Shown piece after piece: positions 1 to 13,079 of a stretch of 64,000 nt of DNA. The notes under the pieces were generated by a model. The model saw nothing but the letters and a program-made list of their open reading frames with translations, was not told where the DNA came from and ran no database searches. Each line of letters begins with the position of its first letter. Position 1 is the stretch's first letter. This stretch comes from Octopus bimaculoides. Lineage: Eukaryota. The stretch is from positions 100,607,043 to 100,671,042 of the forward strand of contig NC_068981.1 in assembly GCF_001194135.2 (NCBI RefSeq). The letters are read 5' to 3'. The translations under genes and the position numbers were made by a program.

Positions 1-185
1 ATATATGTATATATATATATATATATATAGGTTCCAGGGTTATAAGATGTTTGTTTTTACAACAGCACAATAAATTCTATATATTTTCAATATTATGATT
101 TCTCTGTTCGATTAGAGATCTGAAACTTGTACATTCTGTGTAATCATAATGTCATTATTACAATTTACTAATATTTTTTTTCAAG

Positions 186-324
186 GTGCATTTGTTTCTG
201 GGTATTGGGATATTTACATGGAATTCGCTAAAGAAGAGGAGAAAACCTGTCTTTGTCGTTATACTGTACATAATCAAGGAAGTGAGCGTGCAACACTGTA
301 TATTCTACCTCAAATATGGTTGAG
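186..324 (+). CDS. YMR196W-like GH63-type glycoside hydrolase, exon A (first in window; gene 5' end lies outside)
   Basis: tttcaag acceptor, AG|gttagt donor; encodes (G)AFVSGYWDIYMEFAKEEEKTCLCRYTVHNQGSERATLYILPQIWL(R), matching the recalled family pattern YFDVxxEYAK...RITxxNRG...LHxLPxLWFRNTW; phase 1 in, phase 2 out. Confidence 0.9.
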
Positions 325-434
325 GTTAGTTTATTAATTGACTACTTTTCATTGCTATAGAAATACATAATGATGCATAATTTATTCATTACTTTTGTTC
401 CCTTGTAAACAGTATTTCTCTATAAACATAACTA

Positions 435-1330
435 TGAGGTGGTATCAAAAAGTTCCTGGATTAGTTCTGTAGCGCACCAACAGATGTCAGCATATGGTTG
501 TGTGTGCATTGAGAGCTAGTAGTGACCTACATGAGGCTGTGTGCTGAGTGATATTGCAGTGTTTACTTCACAAGTTGTGAAATTTGTGTTTTTGTGATCA
601 CATGTATGTAGTCTGCAATTTTGTCATGGACAGGAACAAAGAGCCAATGTGAAATTTTGTGTTAAACTTAGGAAGTCTGCTACAGAGACATTGAGTATGT
701 TTCGGCAAGCTTACAGTGACAAGGCAATGGGTCATATGCAATGTTTCAAGTGGCACAAGCACTTCAAAAGTGGAAGAATGTCCCTGGAAGATGATGAGCA
801 ATCTAGAAGACCTGCCACGTGCACCATCCCTGGAAATGTGGTATTGTGCATCGAGAATTTATCCCCCAGGGCCAGATCATTAATTGAGAGTACTACTGCA
901 ACGTCTTAAAGCATTTGGGAGAGGACATTTGGCAAAAGTGACCAGATCAGTGGAGCACAAAGAATTGGATTCTTCACCAAGCTCTCCTCACTCATGAGTT
1001 TCTTGCCAAAAACAACATAGTATTGCTTCTGCACCTGCCCTGTTTTCCAGATTTAGCACCTGCAGACTTCCATCTCTTCCCCAAGATGAAAATGCAGCTC
1101 AGAGATCTCCATTTTAACACCATTGTTGAGATCCAGCGCAAATCACAGAAGGTCCTCAACTCACTTACGGAAAACGACTTCAAGACCAGATTCCAAAAGT
1201 GGCAGGAATGCTGGGACCGTTGTACTGCTGTACAAGGTGACTATTCTGAAGTAGATGATGTTAAAACTTAGATAAATAAGTTATTTTTTATTAAACATAA
1301 CTTGTCCAGGAACCTTTTGATACTACCTCA
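435..1330 (+). mobile_element. Mariner (Tc1/mariner) internally deleted derivative
   Basis: 26-bp TIRs TGAGGTGGTATCAAAAAGTTCCTGGA / TCCAGGAACCTTTTGATACTACCTCA (2 mismatches) with TA on both sides. N-terminal HTH fragment (KFCVKLRKSATETL...) joined to the C-terminal FPDLAPADFHLF motif; frameshifts present. Confidence 0.92.
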
Positions 1331-1488
1331 TACATTCTCATTTAACTGTATTTAAAAGATTTTCACCGACTTTCATGCACTTTAAAAGTAACATAAGTCT
1401 AAAATTTTATGTGTATGTGTGAAATGTAAAATTTTTTTAGCTAATTTTCTTTCTTAATTATTTACATTTCATTGCTTGCTATTTTCAG

Positions 1489-1592
1489 AGATACATGGAG
1501 CCATTATAGCTGTGATAAATGTCATACATTCTCAAAACCAATGATGAAACTGCATAATGATAGAAACGAAATTTGTGTTCATTATTCTGAAG
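1489..1592 (+). CDS. GH63-type hydrolase exon B
   Basis: ttttcag acceptor; AG+A completes R, then DTWSHYSCDKCHTFSKPMMKLHNDRNEICVHYSE; donor gtactg; phase 2 in, phase 1 out. Confidence 0.85.
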
Positions 1593-2876
1593 GTACTGGT
1601 ACAATTTTTGTTTTCATTAGAAAGAAAATTTGTATGGAAACATTTTCAAACTAGATCCTGTCTTTGTTTCTCTGTCATATTCTAATCTCTCATCACCTGG
1701 CACAAAACCACCTCTCTCAATACCTCTTCCCACCTTTCAGTTGAGGGATCTTTGATGTGCAAGTTACTTGGTGACTTCACTGGTGTTGATGCTACTTAAA
1801 AAGCACCCAGTCCACTCTGTTATGTGGTTGGCATTAGAAAGGGCATAAAAACTATGCCAAAGCAGACAGTGGAGCCTGGCACAGTGCTCTAACTTACCAG
1901 CTCCTGTCAAACCATCCAGTCAATGCCAGTATGAAAGGCGAACATTAAATGATGATGATGGTGATGATAATGATTCTGTATGAAGTAAAATTTGGGTTGA
2001 AGTTATGTAAATTAGAAATATTAGGAAACTGAGGTTTTATTATTATGCACACAAATTTCGCCATGGTCAACTTTGACTTTCATCTTTGCGAGGTCAATAA
2101 AATAAGTACCAGTTGAATACTGGGGTTGATGTAATTGACTTACCCCTCCTTTCATTACTATTATTATTATTTTCGTTATTGATAACCACTTCATTTCACT
2201 ATCCCTGCTGAATGTCAACCAGATATCTAGGTCATGTACTGTCATGCAATTGTGGCATTTCATAGCATAATATAGCTTTAAAAAGGTATAAAATTAAATA
2301 GTAAGGTATGAAAAAAGATATATAAAACAAGGGAATTCAGTATTAATTATTCAATGTTACAAATGTAAACTACAAACCATACTATTGAGAATAATTTTTT
2401 TAAATTTGATAAATATTGTGTTTACCAGGAATATTTACAAGAAGCTCTCTTATGCCTTTATTATGACTCCAATTACAACCAGGGTTTTTTGTCTTCAATT
2501 GCCACTTTCTATCTACTAATCTTGATTTCTAGGTCTTTGAATATTTTATTTTTTATTTGTTTCAGTCATTGGGCTGTGGGTATTCTGAGGATTTAGATGA
2601 GTAAATTGACCCCAGGACTTATTTGTTTTTAAGCCTGATACTTATTCTATTGGTTCTCTTTTTGCCAAACCACTAAGTTACATGGCTGTACATAAACCAA
2701 CACCAGTTGTCAGATTATAGGGAGACAAACACAAACAGAAAGATACACACATACACACACACACACACATGCAGATATAAACATACATACATACATTTAT
2801 GCATGCACACATATATACATACATACATATGCACACACACACTTATATACATACAGACAGACAGGAATAAATAACA

Positions 2877-3217
2877 GTCATTACATATTTTTCTTTATTA
2901 GAGTAAATTTGGTTTACAACTGTAGTCATTATAGGTACATTACTGATAGGTTTACTTAGTTGGTTCATGGATCAGTTGAGAAAAATTGAATGACCTAAAA
3001 AAATTAATGCTACTTTCATCAGTACCATTTCTGGTGATGTCTTCTGGTTAATCAGAAATGGCTCTAATGGAAGTAGCATTGATTTTTTTAGATCATTCAA
3101 TTTTTCTCAACTGATCCATAGACCAACTGAGTAAACCTATCAGTAACATACCTATAATGAATACAGGAAACAGCTGTGAGCCAAATTTACTCTAACAAAG
3201 GAAAAATATGTAATGAC
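2877..3217. repeat. Long fold-back inverted repeat (MITE-like), ~157-bp arms with a 19-nt loop
   Basis: gtcattacatatttttc...ccatttctg (2877-3033) is the near reverse complement of cagaaatgg...gaaaaatatgtaatgac (3053-3217). Confidence 0.88.
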
Positions 3218-3329
3218 CATTATTTATACCTTGTCTTATTTATCACTTTGTGTAAAAACCAATATAAAATTGTGATGAACCATAAAAATACTTGGAGATC
3301 TTCACTAATCTAAACAATATTGTTAGCCT

Positions 3330-3555
3330 GGATAAGGCGGTGAGCTGGCAGAAACATTAGCATGCCGGGCACAATGCTTTGCGGTATTTCATCTGTCTTT
3401 TATGTTTTGAGTTCAAATTCCACCGAGGTCGACTTTACCTTTCATCCTTTCGGGGTCAATAAATTAAGTACCAGTTGTGTACTGGGGTTGATCTAATCGA
3501 CTGGCCCCCCTCCCCAAAAATTTCACTCCTTGTGCCTAGAGTAGAAAAGAATATT
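3330..3555 (+). mobile_element. SINE, abundant family with a Meta-like core (other copies e.g. 12900-13515, 36845-37495 x3, 45480-45700, 48560-48770, 51920-52135, 61070-61250, 62020-62215)
   Basis: Recurrent core gaggtcgactttacctttcatcctttcggggtcaataaa(a)taagtaccag in both orientations across the window; resemblance to the MetaSINE domain is from memory. Confidence 0.75.
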
Positions 3556-3928
3556 GTGAGCCTGGTGTACCAACAGAGAGCTTATGAAGTATTTTGCAAT
3601 GATAATATTGAGTCAATTGGCATTTATTGTACGGTTTGTATGAACTATAAAACTGCATAAAATTATTGCATATTTTGCTTCAGTTCCTGGTAGGAGATAA
3701 TGTGTATGTTGGTCTTTAGCATGCATCATAATGTTTTATTATTATTCTCTCATAAATTTTTCATCCTCTATTAGTTAGTAGGGATGTTGTCTTGAGGTGT
3801 AGTGACGACAAGTTTCCTCAAATCTCAAGAATCTTTCTTACGATTCTTGCAGAATAAGGATTGCACTTTTCTGTAGGTTGATTAGGTGTGTCTCAATTCC
3901 AATATCCTTCAGCCTCTTTAAGTAGCAG

Positions 3929-4088
3929 TTTCAGTGGTTGGCGTTAGGAAGGGCATCCAGCTGTAGAAACTCTGCCAAATCAGACTGGAGCCTGGTGTTG
4001 CCATCCGGTTTCACCAGTCCTCAGTCAAATCGTCCAACCCATGCTAGCATGGAAAGCGGACGTTAAACGATGATGATGATGATGATGA
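3929..4088 (+). mobile_element. RTE 3'-UTR-derived short repeat with (GAT)n tail (many copies; long copy at 58820-59228)
   Basis: ggttggcgttaggaagggcatccagctgtagaaactctgcc...ggacgttaaacgatgatgat recurs many times in the window in both orientations. Confidence 0.8.
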
Positions 4089-5289
4089 TCTTCCACAATC
4101 TCTTCCTCTCTCTGGCTCGGTCCTGATATTTCTCAGTTTTTTTTTTGTTGTTTTTTTCTTTTAATTTTTTTGGTATCCAATCTATCATCATGTGATATTG
4201 AAAACTCTGTGATTTTACACTGTTTCTTTTGTCCTTTATAATCATATTTGGTCTTCTTGTTTCATATTTCTATAGTATGGTCAGTATTTATGGGGAAATC
4301 CCATAAAATCCTGTGATTCTTATTCTCTATCACAGCCACTGACTCATGTCCTGTTTCTTTTAATCCATATACTCAGCACTCTTTTGCCTATACAGTCATG
4401 CCTGAACTTATATACGTTTTGGGATAAATTACTGCATTCATTCAAGAGATGGTTAATGTTTTTGTCTCCTTTCTCACAGATTCTGGATTTGCTCTCTGAG
4501 TTTTATTGATCTTTGCCTATATCAAATCTGTCTTAATGGCTTCTTCTTGAGTGGCTAACAATTAGCAATTTGGGTTCTGGTTTCAGGTTTTTGTCCATTA
4601 GCCACAGCCAGTGTTCTTCAGTTCCAATGTCCGTGGTTTGTTGTATGAATTGACCATATAATTTCTTCTCATCACCTGGCAATAAAACCACCTCCCTCAA
4701 TATTTCGCCCACTTCATTTGAGGGAATCTTGTCTTGTGAATTACTTGGTGACCTCACTAATGCCAGTGTCATGTAAAGAGCACCCAGAGTGGACACTCTG
4801 TAAAGTAGTTGGCATTCGGAAGGGCATCCAGCCATAAAAACCATGCCAAAGCAGACAGTTGAGGTTTAGTGCAATCCTCTGGCTTGCTGGCTTTTATTGA
4901 ACGATCCAATGCATGCCAGCATGAAAAACAGACATTAAATGATGATGAGGATGAAGGTGATGACTAATTTCTTTCAGTAACACACAAGACTGATTTTATA
5001 GGGAACTGGATATTGTCAATCAAATTGATGTTAGTGTATTTTCTGTTACTAATTTTATCAATCCTATGATTTTAACCGAGACTTTGAAGGTATGAAATTA
5101 ATTACTATAAAGCATTTTGTGCTGTATTGTAAACAACCTTATATAAGTATTATTCACTCTGTTGTAAATTTAATAAAGTCATTACTATGCTCTGTACACT
5201 CTCAATTCTAAATAATGTTTATTTGTAAGATGACAAATGTGATAAATGTATGTGACAAAGAATAGTTTTACATACATACATACATACAT

Positions 5290-5352
<63 letters not shown>

Positions 5353-5354
<2 letters not shown>

Positions 5355-6898
5355 ATAGTAGGCATAGTTCTGCTAACAGCTAATTAGCAAAGCTAACTTT
5401 CCATTTAACAGATTAGCATTTTCACTAACTTTGGAAACCATTAGCTGACCAATTAGTTTCTGCTGAATTTAATTCCACTAACTTTAAGTCCATTAACAAC
5501 ATTCATATGTTTGTTCTTGTCTGTTGTGGGTGTATCTCAAAGAGTCTGTCAGGCACGCTATTGGCTGACTATGAGTACACATGACAAGACATGGTTGATC
5601 GACACAGCAGCAGCTAGTTGAGCAACATTGTATAATTCTGCAGTTTTGAGTTGTGTTCATTTTCGACTTCGTCACATTACAGATAGTCTTACAGTGTCAG
5701 CGACAGTAATGTACATTATCAGAAGGCTGCAGACCTTCACTACTTCTGATGTCGGCTTCCTGATGGAGTACACCAAAATGACGTCTAGTGTTGCCAAGGC
5801 CTTGGATAAAATCAAGTGGGAGGACTAGGCCTATCTCGGGATGTTTCAGTCAACTGTAACAGCTACCGTCATGAAGTTGAAGGAGGCCAAGTTCAAACAT
5901 CTGTACTGCAGTTCTCTGGTAGATGCAATACTGGCAGGCATCATGAAAAGGTTTGGGCTCCTCTTAGAAGACCTGGAGTACCAGCTGGCTACTACCTTAC
6001 ACCCCAAGTTTTACCTGTTCTGGCTGGAGCAATATAACATCCAGGTTAGCAGAGTAAGGGACACAATGGAGACTGTCACAGAGATAGCCCTAATGGAGAC
6101 CAGTGAGGTGGACAGCAGCACCATCAGCAATGAGGATGAGGAAGATGATTTCTTCAGCAACATCACTCGGTCCTGGGAGAGCAGGAGCCACAGGTCACTG
6201 AAATCTAAGGTGCAGAACTTGATGAAGACCTGGCTAGAGGCTGTTTCGAAGGAGGTCCTGACTGAAGTCGCCTTTTTGGGTGAGCAGGTCTTTATTGACC
6301 TGTTCACCAAATATAACACCACCATCTGATCCAGTGCTGCAGTTGAAAGCCTATTATCTATAGGCAAAGATATTTTGAGGGCCAAGAGAGCCACCCTGTC
6401 AGATGGTAACTCTGAAAGGCTGATGTTTATGAAGGGCAACCAACATCATGTTGAGGTAATGGAGAAGGCCCAGCCAGAGTTGTACACCTTGATCATCATC
6501 TGATCTTGGCATGATACCTATGCTATACTATACCTTTTTGATTAATCTAATACTTTTTGTACAGTAAATAAAGTGTATGTTGACTGAAAAACTAAGGTTT
6601 AATTTAATTTGTTCATTTAATTATTTGTGTACACCTTGATAATCATCTGATCTTGGCATGCTATACCTTTCTGGAAAGCTTTGTCTAAGCTACAACATGA
6701 AATTTTCAGTTCTCTTTAGGTCTGTTTTTAAGGATTTTAGAGCCAAAAAACCAAACCGAAGCTAAATTCATATGGTAAAAGTTAGCAGTTATCAGTTGCA
6801 TTAGTTTCCGTTAATTTTTTTTTCCTGTTTAGTGGTTTAGCATTTGTGAAGCTAACTTTTTTAGTTAACAGATTAGTGGTTAGCTGTGCCCACCACTG
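5353..6898 (+). mobile_element. hAT DNA transposon, degraded, inserted in a (TA)n tract
   Basis: Imperfect TIRs CAATAGTAGGCATAGTT vs CAGTGGTGGGCACAGCT; near-TSD tatatatg/tatatata. ORF fragments LATTLHPKF and KYNTTI*SSAAVESLLS...LSDGNSERLMFMKGN fit the hAT C-terminal dimerisation domain; agctaa/ttagct subterminal repeats. Confidence 0.85.
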
Positions 6899-6955
6899 TA
6901 TATATATATGTGTGTATGTGTGTTACTATATTATCAATCATATTTTTCTTTCTAG

Positions 6956-7078
6956 GATGTTTTATTGCCAAATTTGATTGTGGTCCTGATGGTACTTTTC
7001 CAACCATGCTTTTTACTGAAAACGACACCCAAACGTCTCTTTACACCAAAAACGCTTTCCATCGGTATATTATTTCTA
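6956..7078 (+). CDS. GH63-type hydrolase exon C
   Basis: ctttctag acceptor; (G)CFIAKFDCGPDGTFPTMLFTENDTQTSLYTKNAFHRYIIS containing the LFTEN..K.AFH.Y motif; donor gtaagc; phase 1/1. Confidence 0.9.
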
Positions 7079-7155
7079 GTAAGCATTCAAGTGTGAAAAT
7101 TATAAATTCTTCACTTTATATCAATGTATTAAGTATTTGATTGATTAATTGTTAA

Positions 7156-7370
7156 TTAACCCTTCAGCATTTAAATCAGCCATATCCAGTTCAAATATTC
7201 TAGCTACTTTATGTTCAAACCAACCAAATCTAACCTCTCACACTACCCTACAATGTCATTCTAAAAATAAGCAATTGCATCATCAAAATCTTGAAGCTAT
7301 GAGACAATGCATAATTAATTCAGAACAAAGCATTACATTTGAGAAAGTAATCTGAATGCTAAAGGGCTAA
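7156..7370. mobile_element. piggyBac-type MITE (related copies 35586-35800, 47229-47470, 58330-58552)
   Basis: TTAACCCTTCAGCATT...AATGCTAAAGGGCTAA termini (TTAA target, CCCT start); shared internal sequence among copies. Confidence 0.75.
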
Positions 7371-8982
7371 ATGGATTTCTTTACCTTAAGCTGTGAGTTG
7401 ATGCATTTTTCAGATTATCACTACCACCTGAACCTTGAGTACCTTTTGGCAAAGTTGCAAGCATTCAAATAAGAGCTTTGATCTGACAATAACTTTATAT
7501 ATTGATGTGCTGCTTCCTGCTGCAACAGTCCATGAGCCTTTGTTTCTTTCTCCCTTTCCCCCTCCTATCTCATTTTTCTCAAACTGACAAACACTAAGTA
7601 TCTCCCCACCAAAATAAAATTCATGAGAATTTTGTGCCCTACCCAACTATTTATTAGTGAGTTGACAAAATGGAGCTTGCTTCCATATTCTTTGCCATAT
7701 TACTCTTCTTTCTTTTCCATAGTACTGAACAAGTTTGAAACCATTTTAATTATATTAAACATCACATTATGTCCACTTCCTTTCCAAGCCTTACAAGTGC
7801 TAACCACCCTACACCACCACTACTGCTACCACCACGTGCCCTGAAAACTGGAAAAAGGTTTTGGATGTTGCTTTTCTTTTGATGCTGCCCTTTTTCACTG
7901 TCATGACTATGCTATAAAAAAATATGTTCTTTCATCTCTTTCTTTTGTCAACACCAGTGAAATTGCTCTATAAATCCAAATTTATACATGATTTTGAAAT
8001 GAAGATTCAACAGCTGAAAGTTAATTCTAACACAATCCATTCAACTTTGAAATAGTAGTAATGATATCTAATGTTGCCTGAGGCAAATATGATAAAGTAC
8101 TTACCTTGATGCATAGTAAAATACCAGTAAAGTGTTGTACTGAGGTATTTTTGAAGCAATAATCTAATATTTCAATTATTTTCTTTTACACTTAATAGTA
8201 ATGTTTTCTGAAGGACAGTTAGTATTGTAGAGATCTTCCACATCTTAGTTCTCAAATTCTTTGGAATCGGATGATCCAAAGATATCATTCTTCTTGGCTG
8301 AAAGTCAACTCTAGCTCAAGAAATATTTCTAAATCTGGCACCTATTTCTGGATTAAGTAAGTTGTGGCAGTAGACTTGCCCTGTCCAAAGACATAATGTT
8401 ATGCTTCACATGAATATGAACTCACAGCCTACAAGTTGTTTAACCAACACATTAGCTACCAGATTATTTTGGTTCTGCAATTCTGATATTCTCAGTATTT
8501 ACATTTGATATCCTTCCTTTACAGCTGACTAATTTGAATTTCATCGACTGACAAAGTGGACACTATATCTACTGCAGCTCAACTGACCTCTTAAATATTT
8601 AAATATACAAAGTATTCAAATTTTAAAAGACTTGGATTGCTTAGTTAGAATAAAAATAATTCAAAATTAGTTTAATACTTGTAATGTTTGTAATAACCAG
8701 GGGTTTGTTATAGTTAATTTTTTCTGTGAAATATTTAGATGGGAAATGCATATTGGAGTCATTTTTGTATTGGAACAGCACAATTGCTGAAAAGAGAATA
8801 TTCTACTCCTTGCTTTGAAACTTACATTTCTTTATCATGCTGCAGACATTTTTGTATTCGGGAAAGTTACTTAACAGTATTTGTTTTGTTAAAAGGTTTC
8901 ATGCCTTACAACAACAACAAAAAATTAAATGAAATAAGTATTATTCCCTATCTCTGCTTTTTTTTTTTTTTTTTTTCTTCAG

Positions 8983-9185
8983 ATGAATTAACTTCTGTCA
9001 ATCCAGAAATGCAAGGAACCAAATGTGGTGCTTTATATTGTTTAACTGTAGACCCAGGAGAAAGTCAAATCATTCAATGGTGTTTGTATTCAGAAGGTGC
9101 TGTTGCTGAATGCAGCAACTTTAAATGGGTGTTTGAAGAGATTTTAAGGAAAAGAGAGAAAAATGCTAAAAACTTTTATACTATG
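8983..9185 (+). CDS. GH63-type hydrolase exon D
   Basis: poly-T cttcag acceptor; (N)ELTSVNPEMQGTKCGALYCLTVDPGESQIIQ...FYTM containing the VNP...GTK motif; donor gtactg; phase 1 in, phase 0 out. Confidence 0.9.
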
Positions 9186-9499
9186 GTACTGTCGACTTTT
9201 CAACCTTCCATAAACTTCTCATGAAATGTACCCAAAATATCATCACAAATATATTTTGTTATTATTAAAATTTCTCCATCATCATTCTTAAAATAATCTT
9301 GTTACTGATAAGGAAAATATACACATGAAAAAGAAGAGGACTTGGCTTTTCAATCTTGTTGTTCCTTAAAATCACCTGATAACTTCCAATGACTGGTTTC
9401 TAATATACGAAAAAGATGTCAAAAGAACTTTTAAACTGTGCTAAACTGTGCTTAACAACTGTTGATTGTTTATTTTTTGAGAGAAAATGTACTACAATT

Positions 9500-10800
9500 G
9501 TTCTTCCAGTAAAGTGAAATAATACTATCAAGGAGGACACAGTTCATGATATCACTCTGGGTTTAGTTTCACAGTGTCCAAGATATATTAGGCTGTTGAG
9601 GGTGAATTAAGATAACTGTAATATTAGGTAAGGCCTGTTTGCCTGTTCAAGTGGACAATAAAGAATTGTCCAATACTTGGCATAGTGTCTCAAAGAATGC
9701 TATTAGTATTGCATAGAGATGTTCCTGGACATCCAAAAACTAAAAGCTTTACTCTTTGCTTCTTGGTAGAAGCTAGACAACCCTCAGGACATAGCTTCAC
9801 TTTTCTAGCATCCATACTATGATATGATTTTTTGTGTACTCAGATCAAATTACATGTCAATTATAGTTGCTAAGATCCAAGAATTATACTATGTCACTTT
9901 ACTAGCTGTACTGTCAAATACTTTGGTAATATTATGAACACAACAATATGAATACTGCATTAACATTTGTGAAATGAAGTAAACATTTTGAATACAATAG
10001 TATCTAAATTTGATGTAGTCATTCATCATTGGATATCCTTCATATCATTATATATCTGGTAGCCATATTAAAGAATTATGCTATTTTATTTTATATTGAG
10101 AGCATTCCTCTTTATGGAGTCAAAACCAGGATTATGAAGGAGGATCTTCAAGATCACTTAGATTGTATAACTAGCACTCCGTCAGTTACAACAATGGGGG
10201 TTCCAGTTAATCCGATCAACAGAACAGCCTGCTCCTGAAATTAAAATGCAATACTCTTAATGTATTTCTCAGGACGATTCACTGTGACACAGTGTGTGAC
10301 AAGGCTGGCCCTTTGAAATGCAGATACTACTCACTTTTGCCAGCTGAGTGGACTGGAGCAACATAAAATAAAGTGTCTTGCTTAAGGATACAACATACCA
10401 CCAGGAGTCAAACTCATGACCCTATGATTGTGACCTGAATCCCCTAACCACTAAACCATGCACTTTCACTTAGGCTGTATATACACCAGGTTTCTCATGA
10501 AGGTTTAAAACATGTCATGGCATGAGTACAAGACCAAAGAGAAGTTTTATAGAGATATTCCACTCATCTCTTCTCATGTTGCTCAAGGCAAATAAGTTTT
10601 GCTAGCCACTGCTATTGTGCTGAGCAGCAGGCCTTATCAGTTGTTATATTTGGGAGACTTCTTCACTCTAATAGAGAGTGAATACTTCTTAGCGACATAG
10701 ATGTTATTGGCAGAGAGAGACGCTCCCCATAAAATTGAGAACCTATCAAAACTAATGAGAAACAGAGTCTTGCTGTGGTGAAACACATCTCAGCTGTGGC
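9500..10800 (+). mobile_element. Old, degraded RTE-like LINE 3' remnant interrupted by a SINE (~10150-10470)
   Basis: Broken peptides near 10490-10790 (GLKHV.., SHVAQ, LMRNR) resemble an RTE C-terminus; no intact ORF. Confidence 0.35.
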
Positions 10801-10915
10801 TACTTGAAGAATTTTATGTTCTTGTGTATTTTTATTGAAATCATATAATATGATTTATTCCTGTTGTGTCTACAAAATTAAAAATTTTAAAGGAATTGTA
10901 TTTATCTTTTGTTAG

Positions 10916-11045
10916 ATATTAAGTCCCTCTTGGACTGAAGAAGAACGAAATATTGCCTGTCAAGCATACGCTGGTCTCCTCTGGTCCAAACAGTTTTATT
11001 GTTATGATGTTCGTAAATGGGTGGAATCAACTATTATACGTTCAG
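10916..11045 (+). CDS. GH63-type hydrolase exon E (not in the ORF track)
   Basis: ttttgttag acceptor; ILSPSWTEEERNIACQAYAGLLWSKQFYCYDVRKWVESTIIRS containing QAxAGLLWSKQFY; donor gtaaaa; phase 0 in, phase 1 out. Confidence 0.93.
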
Positions 11046-11437
11046 GTAAAAAAAAAAATGTCTCTGATATATCTGCTATTAAGGATTTTTATTCTTTGAA
11101 AAATGAAACCTCAGGACTCATTGATAATTGAAAACAGGGTGGCTGTATGGTAAGAAGCTTGCTTCCCAGCCACATGGTTATGGGTTCAGTCCCACTGCAT
11201 GGTACCTTGGGGAAGTATCTTCTACTATTGCCTCGGACCAACCAAAGCCTTGTGAGTGGATTTGGTAGCCAGAAACTGAAAGAAACTCATTGTGTGTTTG
11301 TGTATATATATATACACAAAATTTATAACTACCAGGCTCGAAACATTAAAGACTTTTTCACTTCCCGAGCGTTATACTAATACATCTGTTTGTTGTCTAC
11401 ACCACCTGTCTTCATCTTTTGTTTTTTTGTGAATTCT

Positions 11438-11468
<31 letters not shown>

Positions 11469-13079
11469 GATGCNNNNNNNNNNNNNNNNNNNNNNNNNNN
11501 NNNNNNNNNNNNNNNNNNNNNNNNNNNNNNNNNNNNNNNNNNNNNNNNNNNNNNNNNNNNNNNNNNNNNNNNNNNNNNNNNNNNNNNNNNNNNNNNNNNN
11601 NNNNNNNNNNNNNNNNNNNNNNNNNNNNNNNNNNNNNNNNNNNNNNNNNNNNNNNNNNNNNNNNNNNNNNNNNNNNNNNNNNNNNNNNNNNNNNNNNNNN
11701 NNNNNNNNNNNNNNNNNNNNNNNNNNNNNNNNNNNNNNNNNNNNNNNNNNNNNNNNNNNNNNNNNNNNNNNNNNNNNNNNNNNNNNNNNNNNNNNNNNNN
11801 NNNNNNNNNNNNNNNNNNNNNNNNNNNNNNNNNNNNNNNNNNNNNNNNNNNNNNNNNNNNNNNNNNNNNNNNNNNNNNNNNNNNNNNNNNNNNNNNNNNN
11901 NNNNNNNNNNNNNNNNNNNNNNNNNNNNNNNNNNNNNNNNNNNNNNNNNNNNNNNNNNNNNNNNNNNNNNNNNNNNNNNNNNNNNNNNNNNNNNNNNNNN
12001 NNNNNNNNNNNNNNNNNNNNNNNNNNNNNNNNNNNNNNNNNNNNNNNNNNNNNNNNNNNNNNNNNGGATACGTTCGTGCTGCTGGTCGTGGTGAGAGGGA
12101 TAACTCCCTTGGCAAACAGGACACAGTCGTGTGTCGATAAGCCAGCTGGAGGAGATGTCCTCCTGGGGCTAAAAGCAACAGTAACATCCACCCCTAGGGG
12201 TCAGCCACACTTAAGTGGCAATATACTACACTTTATATATATATATATATACATATATTAATGTGTGTGTGTCTTTGTGTCTGTGTTTGTGTCCCCACCA
12301 TTGCTTGACAACTGATGTTGGTGTGTTTATGTCCCCGAAACTTAGCAGTTTGGCAAAGGAGACTGATAGAATAAGTACTAGGCTTACAAAGAATGAATCC
12401 TGGGGTTCATTTCATCGACTAAAGGTGGTGCTCCAGCATGGCCACAGTCAAATGATTGAAACGTGCAAAAGAGATATATAATATAGCTTTTATATCTTTT
12501 ATAGGTGTACCTCAAACACTGATGAATTTATAATTACTATCATTAGATGGTAGTTATAAATTTTAATTAATTAAAATTTCTTGGTTTGCTACATCAAGTA
12601 TGATAATTATTAAGATTTCATGGAGCAAGTACTCTGGGTACTTTTACCTCAATCTTTCTTTAAATGTATAACACCATTCAGTTCATTCACAAAAATTCTA
12701 TAATCTCTCTAATCATTTTACGATGAAGTGGTCATGGCTAGACTATGTTTTGCTGATGAGGTCTAATAAGATTGAAACATATCTAAGATTGTCACTAAAA
12801 ATCAAATTCACTCTCTCACACACAGATACAGACACACACACACACACATACTAACTTATTCATCTGTGTATATGTTTCATAATTTATAATATTGTTTCAT
12901 AAGGTGGCAAGCTGACAGAATTGTTAGCAATCCAGGCAAAATGCTTAGTAGCATTTCATCAATAATTATGTCCTGAGTTCAAATTCTGCTGAAGTCAACT
13001 TTACCTTACATCTTTCCAGGGGGAATAAAATAAGTTACAGTTGAACACTGGGGTCAATATAGTTGCCTTACCTACTTCC

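Noticed and set aside
11372-12261. Long ORFs in the track (also 41628-42432 and 38086-38566)
   Set aside because: They are open only because they cross N-gaps or tandem repeats.
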